Of a stretch of 64,000 nt of DNA, positions 40,111 to 51,424 are shown piece by piece; the stretch's first letter is position 1, and every line of letters begins with the position of its first letter. Position numbers and translations under genes: made by a program. Below the pieces are notes generated by a model. That model had not been told where the DNA came from, searched no databases, and worked only from the letters and a program-made list of their open reading frames with translations. Source of the stretch: Cirrosporium novae-zelandiae (taxonomy: Eukaryota); the NCBI GenBank assembly GCA_026023565.1, contig JAPETS010000034.1, positions 1-64,000 of the forward strand. The letters are read 5' to 3'.

Positions 40111-41247
40111 TGGTTCTCAAGACCACGTAATTTCTTTTTTATTTATTGTTCTGAAGTCAAGTTTGATAATGAGAGGCGCAGCTTGGAAGTACTAAAATTC
40201 TCTTATGGATCGCATTTAAGCAGCATTTTACCAGCCTGGTGCAGCAGGCTTGGCAGGAGTTTGATGTTCATTATTGTTAACATGAGCCGAGGGCTTGGGA
40301 TTTCTCGGAGGGGGGATATGGTAATGTTCTAGAGATGTATGTTTATCACTGGGGGTATCTCACATTGGGCCCGAACAGGGCAGTCTATCCCCTTGCCTGA
40401 TTTTAGATTCTATTGCACATATCCAATTGATATAAAAATGAATATCTATGAATAATTTGAACTATGTTAATGATAAATGGTGGGCCTCGGATCTGAAAAC
40501 TGAACACAGTCGAGATAGTAATTAGTGGCCGGAGCTGTCGGATCAAATCACGTGGATGATTGTCCTTATTTTGTTTTTTGCTCCAAAGTAATTAGAGAGA
40601 CAGGAAGAATTTGTTTTGAGCTTTTCAATTCTCCTCCATTGACTCCTCGGATCCATCGTCCTCCCACCTGAAAGTCTTTGATTGTGTCAAAGCAACAGAT
40701 CACCTGTATTGTTATTGTCCGATCGGATTATTATCCTTGGATCTGTACAAATATTAGCATCATCCTGTGAGTGCCATTGCTTCTCAGAGCTCTTTGGTTG
40801 GATTTCCTGATCGGAACTAGGGGGTTTTGGTAACACCCGAAGATCGACCAAGAAAGCTTTTCCTTTTTTTTTTACAGAGGCAATTCAAAGCATTAAACAA
40901 GTGCACGAGGTATGAGCTGTCCTTGCAGATAGATGTACTTTACACACAAACGATGGTGTCTCTCACGCCATGGGTGATGCAAGACCGAGGGAAGGTTTCT
41001 CAGTGACGTCCTGTATCCCGGTCGAGGGGCTGTGTATCAGTTCCAGGGTATCAGGTTACAAAAACGTACTTTCGTACTTTTTTTGCCGGTCTCAGGTTGT
41101 TTATTACACGATTACCTGACCTTGACCAGCTGAAACTTTTTGAGGCGTCGTCCACCCTTTTTTCTCCTTCTTTTTACCTATCATGGACGTAATGGTTGTG
41201 TATTAGTTGTATTGACATAACAGGCAAATAGACCAAACAGAACGAAT

Positions 41248-42564
41248 ATGCCCCGCGTTGCGTTGCCCCACCTCACCTCCTCCTCGCTGCTGAAAACTTC
41301 ACCCTCTTCTGCCTTTTCTCCCACTTCCTCCTCCATCCTCTTTAAACAATTCAACAAACATCCTACTCTTCCATCCATCCCCAGAAGACAATTCCATCAA
41401 ACCAACCCAATTATGGCTATCAAGACTTACTTCGATATTTCCTGGCAAGGTCCTGTCTTGGATGCCAATGGCGTGGCCACCAAGGAAGTGAAGGGTGAGT
41501 GCTTTTTTTTGGATTCCTGCTTATTGTCAAAAGATTATGCCATTGTCAAACATGAGAGCAACTAATCATCCTTTTCATCCCCTATTTCATCTCACCATTC
41601 ATCCATCTCTTCTCTGGGGCTACCTTGATGTTCTCCATTTCATTTCCCTCGAGAAGATAACCCCTCACCACCATGACCCCACCTTGACCTATCTGGCCAC
41701 CAATTCATTAGACTAGCTTCAACTACTTTTCAACATCCTCCTGTGCAAACCAATCCTTCACATCCATGCTTACTCTCCGATCTCTCATCTAGATCAAACC
41801 GGCCGCATTAATTTCAACCTCTACGACGACGTCGTTCCCCGCACCGTCGAGAACTTCCGTGCTCTTTGCACCGGTGAGAAGGGATTCGGATACAAGGGCT
41901 CAAAGTTCCACCGTATCATCCCTCAATTTATGCTTCAGGGTGGTGACTTCACCCGCGGAAACGTAAGTTCGAGTCCTATCCTAACGTTAGCACTATCTAC
42001 ACTTTATCGTCGTTACCATGAAAAAAAGCTTGGCATCTTAGAAAACTATTTGGAAGCCCTCCCATCTTTTGTAGTTGAAGATACCCCTACGATTACCCCC
42101 AACTACTCTAATACCAATCACAACTACTAATCGCTCTCTTGTTATAGGGAACTGGTGGCAAGTCTATCTACGGCGAGAAGTTTCCAGATGAGAACTTCAA
42201 GCGTCACCACACCCGCCCAGGTCTTCTCTCCATGGCCAATGCCGGCCCCAACACGTAAGAACTCTTCATTTTTACCTACGCTAGATGCCCTCTATTCTCG
42301 TGGCCCAGACTGGGCCTTTCCCCTCATCTGCGCCTAATCCTTCCAAAGAGACTCTGTTGTTAACCCTCTTCCATTAGTAACGGCTCTCAATTTTTCGTCA
42401 CCACCGTCGTAACATCTTGGCTCGATGGCAAGCATGTCGTTTTCGGCGAGGTTGCTGATAACGAAAGTATGAACATCGTTAAAGCCCTCGAAGCCACTGG
42501 CTCCGGTTCAGGTAAAATCACCTATCCCAAGCCTCCCACCATCGTCGACTGCGGCCAGCTATAG
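41248..42564 (+). CDS. Cyclophilin A-type peptidyl-prolyl isomerase with N-terminal mitochondrial presequence; exons 41248-41494, 41793-41962, 42148-42254, 42378-42564
   Basis: Spliced sequence [77 protein letters not shown]; three GT-AG introns. Confidence 0.95.
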
Positions 42565-43789
42565 ATGGTAAAACATCGAAAGCCAGAAGGGGAGAGTTAC
42601 TAGTTACACAATGTGCTGCACGTTGGATGGTTGATGATTGATGATCGGTAAAAGTTGAGCGAAGTGACCTGGGCCGGCCTCTTTCAATCAATCAATATGA
42701 ATGGGATGGGGAATTGCGTATTGGTGGACCTCTGGAATTCATGCACGTGGGCTGTGTTCTTTCTCTCTTTGCAAGCAAGGTATGGGATGGTTGCATAACA
42801 CAAGACATAACATGCCTGATCAAACACGAAAGGGACAATCGATAAAGAGCGGCTTTAGTAGTTAGTAGGTCTAGTTTAGTTATGGTTTGGTTTTCCACCT
42901 TCCATTCATTCTCTTAGATTTGATCGACCGAACCCATCTATCTTTTTCCTCGGGAACTCGATGGGCGTTCCCTTTTTTTTCAATTGATTAATTGCTAGGT
43001 CTACTTTCCATAGAAAAAAAAACTAGTGCCACCTCATAAAAGAAGTTTTTTTCCAATCGTATTATTGTCTTGGCTAACTCGATCCCAAGATCTGGAAATT
43101 AAGACGGGAACCAGATCTTAGATTTTCCCATTAAATATTCCATGCCATAATTACCTATCTTATTACCAGACCATGTACTGTACTGTACTTTCTATATTTG
43201 TGATACTTCCATCTCCATCTCCCCCCGCCCTTCTCCTTCAGAAACAGTAGTAGATTTAGTCTATAATATCAACAGACAGTAATACATTTTTTTCCACCCT
43301 CCCACCCTCCCCTTTCCTTTCCTTCATCCATATATTTAAACCACTCCCCACTCACTTACTCCATCAACAACCCCCCCCTAAAAAAAAACAAATAACCAAA
43401 ACTAGCATTTATTTCTAAGATTAAGACTTTTGTAGTTTTGTTATTTGTTTATTTAAGTTTCATTTCCTTTCGTGTGTATTTTTTTTTTTACATCTTTGAG
43501 GACGGACTCAACTCTTCTAGTTAGTTGGCCCGTTGGGACTGGATTTAAGAGTATGGATGATTTGTGGAAATTATCAAGGGGCTACGCTTTTTTTTTGGGG
43601 GGGGGGGGGGGTTGGAAGGTAATAAATAGGACGGATGGAGTGAGGAGTGAGGAGTGAGATGGAGGTTCCTTGTTAACAAATGTTATACATACCTTTTATC
43701 TCTCTCTCTCTCTTTCTCTCTCTTTTTTTTATTTCCCTTTTTTTCATTCTCTTTTGTTTTTTTTAAATTAGCAGAATCATAGTAGAACA

Positions 43790-44831
43790 TCACCGCTTCA
43801 TTCCCCCACCAGCAGTAGCAGCCCCCCTCCTAACAATCCCATCCAAAATCCCCCTAACCTGCGCGCACCCATCCACGCCCACGGCAATCAAACTCTCCAG
43901 CCTGGCAACCGGACACCGATTCTCCAGAACTAATAAACTAACATCTCGATCCTTATTCCCTTCTTCTTCTTCTTCTTCTTCTTCTTCTTCTTCTTCACCG
44001 TCATTATCATCATCACCGTATCCACCACTATTTTCACCACCTTTAGGTAACCGCGTAGCCCCCACAGTCCCCACAGTCAAAAAAGCACATTCGTTTTCCT
44101 CCTCCCCATTTAAATCCAAAAGCGGATCGCCATCTGCGTTGAAGGTGCCACTTGTGACTGCGGCGAGGATTCCACGCATCGGTAGCCCTGCGTCGATGAG
44201 AGCGAGGGTTGAGGCGTTTACGAGGGAAGCTAGGAGGCTGCCGTCGGTGCTTAGGACGTGGAGACGGAGGAGGACGGTTGAGTTGGGGGGTAGGGGGAAT
44301 AGGGTCGGGAGGAGGGTCCGGTGGAGGAGGTGGGTTAGCTCCATGAGGCGTTTGGAGGTTCGTGGGTTGGTTGTTGTATGGGTCGGGGCGGATTGGGAGA
44401 AGGGGGGTAGTTGGAGGTCGATCTATTTGAGGGAAAGGAAGAAAGGAGGATTAGTTAGGCGTGTGTTTTGATTTGTGTGTGTAAAGGAGTAGGGAAAGAA
44501 AGAAAGAAAAGTAACCAAAAAATAGGAATTTGTTTTAAATGATTACACAGAACAAAAAACATACCACCAAATTTCCTCCCTCGTCCAGTCCCTTCCCTCC
44601 CCCTCCTCCTCCTCCACCACCTCCGCCCACCTGTCCACCTCCAACTCCTTTCATCTCACCCGGCCCCCAAACACTACACACCACTCTCGTCCCTCCAAGC
44701 GAAAATACCGCGCTGCCATCTGCGGCCGGTTGTGTGGATGTTGAGGCGGAGAGGTATCGCAGTTCGTTCCAGCGCCGGCCGTCGGGTCGTAGGAGCGTTA
44801 AGGCGTAGGTTTGGGAGAGGGGAAGGGGCAT
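43790..44831 (-). CDS. RRP41: RNA exosome RNase PH-like subunit, most like Rrp41/Ski6; exons 44831-44565, 44422-43790
   Basis: LRPDGRRWNELR, ADGSA..GGTRVVCSVWGP, LHVLSTDGSLLASLVNASTLALIDAGLPM, PLLDLNGEEE; phase-0 intron 44564-44423 (GTATGT..CTAAC..TAG). Confidence 0.8.
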
Positions 44832-45737
44832 TTTATCTTGTTTTTATTTTTATTTTAAGAGGGTGGGGGTGGGGGAGGCTTTTTGTTTCGATTGTGAGGT
44901 TAAGGTGAAGAAGAACACCGAGAGAGCGAGCGAGCCCATGCGGTGGTGATGATGATTCTTGAGACGTCGCTGATTCGTTACTGTCTGTTTTTTGAATATA
45001 GGATCGAGATGGGATTTCGCGGGTCTTTAAGTAAATAATGTACAATTTAAATTAAGGCGAGAGTAATTTGTTGGTGGTGGTGATGGTTGGTGGTCTTTGA
45101 GATTTTATGATTTTACTTGGAGCGAGCGCAAAAACCAAAAGAGGGAAAATGTAAATAATTAAGGTACGGCCCGCCGTTTGATTTACGATAGATGTCTAAT
45201 TATTTTAAGCCCTATGAGAAATCGGATTTATGGAACTTATTCTGATCCTTTGAGGAACTTGATATTTTAGGTGAGAGGTTTTGGATGGGATTTTGGGAGT
45301 GGTTTTTGTAATAAATGGGATTTTTGGAATGGGGATGGGAATGGTAAATCTCTTGGTTCTAGGCCTGGACATTGGCTTCTATTGTAGACAGGAGTGATCT
45401 AAAAATGATATAGGAATTGATGAGAACATACTGGCTAATATAAGTGTAATGTGAAGCTTGGTAGCGATACCGTGTATCCCCCGACGTTGATACCTAGTCA
45501 CTCTCTGTCGGGGCTCAACGAAAAATATTTTAATAAAGGCAGTGTTAAACACCTTCTCAACACCACTATAAAACTTGCTGCGTCACCTCCAGGATCTTCA
45601 CGCAGCTTCATCAAAATTCTTTAACTCCTCCTCCCAGCTCCTCCTTCCAGCTCTTCCTCCTTCCAGCTCTTCCTCCTTCCAGCTAGCTACTAACAGCTGC
45701 TCAATATCAGGTCCAAAAGCTTTTGCTGGGCTTCACC

Positions 45738-46408
45738 ATGTCGGAAGCCATTAGAAATATAGAGACTCTTACTAGTGCATGTTCAGTTCCAGATCCAAAT
45801 CCTCTTACTCCTTCTCGGGGAATCGCCAACCCAAATCCCCCCAACGCTCCAAGCCCTGGCACAGCACCTGGCTCTGCATCGGGACTTGCGCTTAATCATG
45901 AATCTATTCCCGCACCTATGCCTCAACCTAGTCCTCTTATGCTCACTGGTCACTGCGCCTGCGGCTTCATCTCAATCAACATCACGATAAATCCAGCAGT
46001 GTCTTCACTATATATCATCCACTGCCACTGCGAGCTCTGTCGCCGCCACAGCGGTGGAGCGTTCGAATCCTTTGTCAAAATCCCTACCGGCTGGCTCAAA
46101 ACCACTGCGGCAACTAACCAAGGGCCCGACGTCTTAGTTTCCAATATGAATCTAGACTCAAACCAATCTCGCTTCTCATTGGAGAGGTTGTTTTGAAGAA
46201 GGATTTCGAAGCCAGGAGAGCATTTTGTGCAACTTGTGGAAGCAGCTTGTGGATGAAGTATCCCAAGACTCCTGCTATTGGAGTATGTCTCGGGGTTCTC
46301 GATGAAGATAGCATGTGGGCAGCCAAACAAAAGGGCATGGAATTCCTATCAACTCATGTGTCCTGGGAGAACCGAGTTGATTGGTGGAACTGGAACGCGG
46401 CTGAATAG
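45738..46408 (+). pseudogene. GFA/CENP-V (Mss4-like) zinc-binding protein gene with one frame break near 46118-46196
   Basis: LTGHCACG..HCHCELCRR..SG in one frame; RRAFCATCGSSLW..H..W in another; no convincing intron bridges them. Confidence 0.7.
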
Positions 46409-47017
46409 GGAAAGGGTAGGGATTGAAAGAAGGGAATGGAACAGGGGGGGCAAGAGATAATGAAACAGAATGTCAAGACAGCCAATGTCAGTCAGCTCTT
46501 GAGTGATTCGAAGATGGCGATTCCATTCAGTATGGCAGGGAGGTCAACTGGAATGATCGTATAGGAAAATAGCCTGGGTTGTACTTTAGTCAGATTGTAC
46601 AATTCTGCTAATGATATCCTAGATAGATCATCTGCGGTTGAGTTCAGTCAAACCTTACCAAGTTTCGGTAGCTAAATCAAAGCAAAGGTCAAGTCAAGGC
46701 ATCCGTTGTTTCTTAGTCTCGTTGGCCTAGTCATATATATCTCGACATGTGGCATTCAAAAAGGTTAACGACGGAGGGTGTGTGGTTCTAGTATCCTCAG
46801 ATTTCTTGTGAACCGAAAACACATGAATGTTTGCGAAGAGTTGACGAAAGAACAAAGGCTGAGGGTGAGTGACATGTTTGAATATGCATTCGCTTAATCT
46901 CGCTTAATTCCCTAAAGTCGTGAATGCACATTGGCTAAATTGACCCCCTTAGACTTTATACTTGAACCATCTTTCAACGCTGGCGACACCCTCAACTCTT
47001 CCCCATCGTTCAGGGCA

Positions 47018-47371
47018 TTAATTTGGATGATATGCTTTGTACACTTGAATTGCCCCTTCGATGGACTGTATCAACCCAAATACAATGGTCAAAATCACAA
47101 CTAATGTTGCAACCCAGAACGTCGCCCATTGATTGGGCTTTCGTTTATCAAACCACAATTGCTGCCAGTTTCTGGGCTCCGACTCGTCGAATGCCCGTTT
47201 CAACACAATTATATCCTCTTTCCAAAAACCGAATTGATTAATATCGCGTTCTTGTAGTGTCAGTGTTTTGCAATTGGCCACTTTTGGATCCAAGCGGTTT
47301 TCGACTCTCTGCTTCTCGTACCATGATCGTGTCTTTCTATCATCTTGCGGGACTAGAAGAGAGATTGTCCT
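47018..47371 (-). pseudogene. 3' fragment of a fungal hypothetical membrane-protein gene (C-terminal hydrophobic segment)
   Basis: RTISLLVPQDD..W..LKRAFDESEPRNWQQLWFDKRKPNQWATFWVATLVVILTIVFGLIQSIEGAIQVYKAYHPN-stop; no ATG or 5' part, and it abuts an opposite-strand coding fragment. Confidence 0.65.
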
Positions 47372-49612
47372 CTGCTTACAATTTGCCAATTACTGGCTGG
47401 ATATTTGGGGATCATGCAAAAAGTCTTACCATTAGCGGTATTGTTATGGTCGACGGAAGGCCTTTTGGTCTCACAACAGCACATGGCCTTGAGAGCAATG
47501 ATGTAGCTGCTGTGGGTCATTTTGACGACAACAAATTGAGCGATACTGATTCGTCCACCGACACAAGCTCCAGCTCTGAGTGCTCTGAATCTTTACTAAC
47601 CCCTTTTAACCACGGAATGGACTATGATATTCAGTTCTCGACTCCTTGTGACTCTTTGGGGCCTCCTCCGTACGTGACTCTAGTACGATTTTAGACAAAC
47701 ATAGGCTAACACCCGACAGGACCGAGGACACTAGGGAAGAATTAGGGGAACTTGATCCTGCATTCTCTAGCCAAGAACAGGATTGGATGCTGATTAGTCT
47801 CAACCCTGATAAGTATTGGTGCAGTCCTTTCCCGCACAATGGCATAGCCGGCGTCTGTCCTTTTGCACACTTCTCGAGGTCAGCTTGAAGGTCGGTTATC
47901 TGCCAACCTGTCCTGGAATACAAACCTAGAGACTTGTAAAACAACAAAGCATTGGCCTGTATTCTTGTCGAACAGTGCTATATGTAGGTTTTTTTCAAGT
48001 ACAACCCTTGTCCATGAAAACCTTCTTTCTAACTCTCAGTAGTTGAGGGTGACTGCGGATCGCTTGTAACTGATGTTCTCACTAAGTCACTCTTCGGGAT
48101 GGTTGTGGCTGGCCATGCAGGGTCAAAAGTGGCATACATCTCATCAGCAAAAGAAGTTTTTGATGATATCAAGACAATCTGCGCTAGCAATGCTAAATTG
48201 ATCCATAGTCTAGATGAGTTGGAAACCCACCAAGGTAATGCAGAGACGCGATCTCAAAACGTATCCAAGCCATTGAAAAGTGATCTCTCGAGATCTACTC
48301 TGGCTCGTTCCATTGGCCACCTAAAGTCGGCGATTTTCAAGCGGGTCCAAATGATACTCTGGTAAATGACCCATCGTTACTAGATGTCTCTCTACTTAAA
48401 AATGAAGATTATCATCCCCAAAGCATACATTTAACAGACACGTGCATAGCTTTCGGATCAACAGGTCTCTCTTCAGAGGAAATTCCGTATTTTACACTAG
48501 AATCTAGAGTTCCTAAATTCCCTAAATCCTTCTTTAGCGAGGAAGTGTCCCATTTTGGGATATTACCTCATCTTTCAGAGCAGATGGAACCCTCGTATTC
48601 CATCGGTGGACTGATTCCAAATTTCGTTAACATCTCTCATGAATCCTATGTTCGGCCTACTCACCCTCGAGTCAAATGTCCCCATTATAATGAACACCCC
48701 GAGGGGTTCCGTGACGAACATGAACTTCGGCGCCATGTCGATCGCATGCATAAGACTGTTCGTAAAGTCTGGGTATGTGTCGACCAATCTACCGATAAAA
48801 CATTTCTCGCCAGTTGTATGGCTTTCCGCAACGGTAAAAAATATGGGTCATATTACAATGCAGCCGCACACCTTCGAAGAGCTCATTTCAACCCATTCAA
48901 ACGTGGCTTTGGTGACGAGAAGAGCGGAAAGAAAGATCCACCTTCGATGGATGCCCTAAAGGATTGGACGGAGGAGAGAGAAGAGTCGACGTTCAAGGGC
49001 TCTGATAACGAGGCTAATGTGCCAATGGATGATACTAAAGAACGAAAAGAAGCCGAAAATGAAGCCCATGTTCAAGAACCCTCATTCAATTCTCTCACCC
49101 TGGCCAATCCAGGATTGTTTTCAACAATGGAAATTAGTGAAGGAAGTCAGAATAAAGAAATCGACCATATGAGAACAGCTAAAGTATTAATAAGGGAGAA
49201 GAATGCAATTATAAACACAGAGGACGATCATGGGACAGAGGAAAACTTGGGAAATTTCTACCGAGTTGATAAAACATCGACTGGAGAAAGAACTCGTGCT
49301 TATAGCCCTAGATTATCAAGCACTTTGCACGTCGTTAATCTTCCCTCCGATGTTTCCGAGGATGAATCAAAGGCCCTTTTTTCAAAGCAGACTGGCTACA
49401 GGAGGTTGTGCTTTCGAATAAGAGTACATGGCCCAATATGCTTCGTCGAATTCGAGGAAATTTCACATGCCATTCAAGCCCTCAATAATCTGTATGGGCA
49501 CATGCTTCATAACGGCATCGAAGGCGGCATCCGTCTTAGTTTTGCAAAATCCCCCTCAGGGGAACAGGTTCTTCTCAGTTACCCACATTTCATACCGAAA
49601 TTCCTAGGGTAA
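47372..49612 (+). pseudogene. 5'-truncated chimeric gene: trypsin-fold protease + zinc-finger-like domain + Whi3/Scw1-like RRM
   Basis: TISGIVMVDGRPFGLTTAHG (His 47482), QDWMLISL (Asp 47781), VEGDCGSLV (48048-48062), FGMVVAG; introns 47670-47719 and 47984-48039; frameshifts ~47845 and within 48284-48365; then CPHYNEHPEGFRDEHELRRH..YNAAAHLRRAHF and TLHVVNLP..LFSKQTGYRRLCFR..GPICFVEFE..GGIRLSFAKSP. Confidence 0.72.
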
Positions 49613-49916
49613 AGACGCCGCCGCTGGTTGGGGCGAAGAGTGATTCTTTTACAGATTTATTATCTTCCCAACCAAACAAGGTCCCGGAATTCCCACACCG
49701 TGGGGTGTTTGTACCTCCAGAACTTTATGAACGAAATGATGCCGTAGCACGATTTTGGGACAGGAAACCCCGAGCCGAAAAAAGACCCATAGAAGAAGCT
49801 GCCTCGAAAGACGAAGACCATAAACCTCCCACATGGGTACAGTAAAACACTCCGAACCCATACCGAAATCCCTAGGGTAGAGACGTCGTTGGCTGGGATG
49901 AAGAGTACCATTTTAG
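49590..49916 (+). repeat. Imperfect ~55-bp direct repeat pair (~49590-49649 and ~49859-49916)
   Basis: cataccgaaattcctagggtaaagacgccgccgctggttggggcgaagagt versus cataccgaaatccctagggtagagacgtcgttggctgggatgaagagt. Confidence 0.75.
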
Positions 49917-50818
49917 GAATCAAAACAAATATAACGCCTATATTCTACTATCATAAAACGTCATATTAATCTATACGGATGGAAAAACAATCCTAGCCTT
50001 TCCACCTCCTCCAGTGAGTGGGACACGATCTTTCGAACAATTTTTACATACACCATGAAAGCGCGAGTCATTTGAGGGAAAATACAATTCATCCTCTCAT
50101 CATCATCACCACCTTTACCAACCAACCAACCATGATGATGATGATGATGATGATGATTCATTTTATGGTCCACATATCGCTAATAAGCTATGGTGGACAT
50201 AACCAACTAACCAAAAACTCGAGTACCTTACTTATATCAAGCAATCCTACGCTCTTTTTTTTCTCAACTAGCAAGCAAGCAGAGAGGTCCCCTCCCCGAA
50301 GGAGCTAAGCGGCTCACTTAAACAGAATCAACACAATCTCCCACACACACACACACACATCCATACATCCAGCTTTATATAAGCGTGGAATGCGCCTTGT
50401 AATGGATTCGACTCGACTCCCCACTTACGTACGGGCAGCTTTGGCAAAACCAACCCCCAACCCCCAACCCCCGCACACCACACACACCACACACACCTAG
50501 GGTGAGAGTTTTGAACATCTTGAATCTTGAATCGGATGTAGGCGATATTATTCTTGAGATCGATATGGGATGGAATGGGATTTCGGACTAGTTGGTTCTC
50601 CACAACAAAGCGGTTCGGCTTGGTTGGTCTAAGATATTCTTTTTAGAAGGGGGGGTTACTACCTATAAGCATAAACATTAATTAACCTAGAAAGATTTTG
50701 CAAGACTCTCGCCATATCTATATATATATATATATATATACAATAGCATAGCATAGCATAACCCCCCTTTTCTATCATTATTTCTCAGATCGAACTGATC
50801 TTTGATACTAAGACAAGG

Positions 50819-51424
50819 TTATAACGGTTATGATAACTTCTGAAGCAGTTAGTTTTCACATGGCTAATTAGCTATGACTAAAAAAACAACTAAATTTATT
50901 CAAGTAACAAATTATGCAGTTTATGTTGAATGAAAGCGACTAAATCTAGAAAAGTGACCTTCAAACAAAATCTTTTTTTTTTTAAATAAAATTTCGATTT
51001 GAAAGTCTCCCTGAAGTTCAAAAAGGTAAATAATCAGTTGCGGATAATTATGTGAAAACTGATTTTGTTTGAAAGGCCTCTCCAAGATCACTTTTCTGGG
51101 TCTTGGTCGCTTTCATTTTTATTTTTTAATTGAAAGGTATACGAAAGTAATGCACCATCAAACATGCGAACCCCCCTCGAACTAAGCTAAAAAAAACCAA
51201 ACTTCTCCAGGCAGGTAATAAATTATACAGTTTATGTTGAATGAAATCATATCTTTCACAGATAGGGCCATTATCCATTATTCTTTAGAAGAAGACCTGA
51301 ATGAATGTAGGCAGAACCAGCCAAATCAGAAGCTTATGAAATGAAATGGCTCGCTCTATTATATTTTCTTGGTATGGTATGGTTCCATGTGAAACCGCTT
51401 CGGAGGTTATCATAACAGTTATAA
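50819..51424. mobile_element. Non-autonomous inverted-repeat element containing a nested MITE
   Basis: Left ttataacggttatgataacttctgaagc..tttcacatgg (50819-50863) is the inverted counterpart of ccatgtgaaaccgcttcggaggttatcataacagttataa (51385-51424). Confidence 0.65.
50929..51117. mobile_element. MITE-like element related to the 20387-20595 copy
   Basis: Inverted ends aatgaaagcgactaaatctagaaaagtgacctt / aagatcacttttctgggtcttggtcgctttcatt; shares internal motifs with the other copies. Confidence 0.7.
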
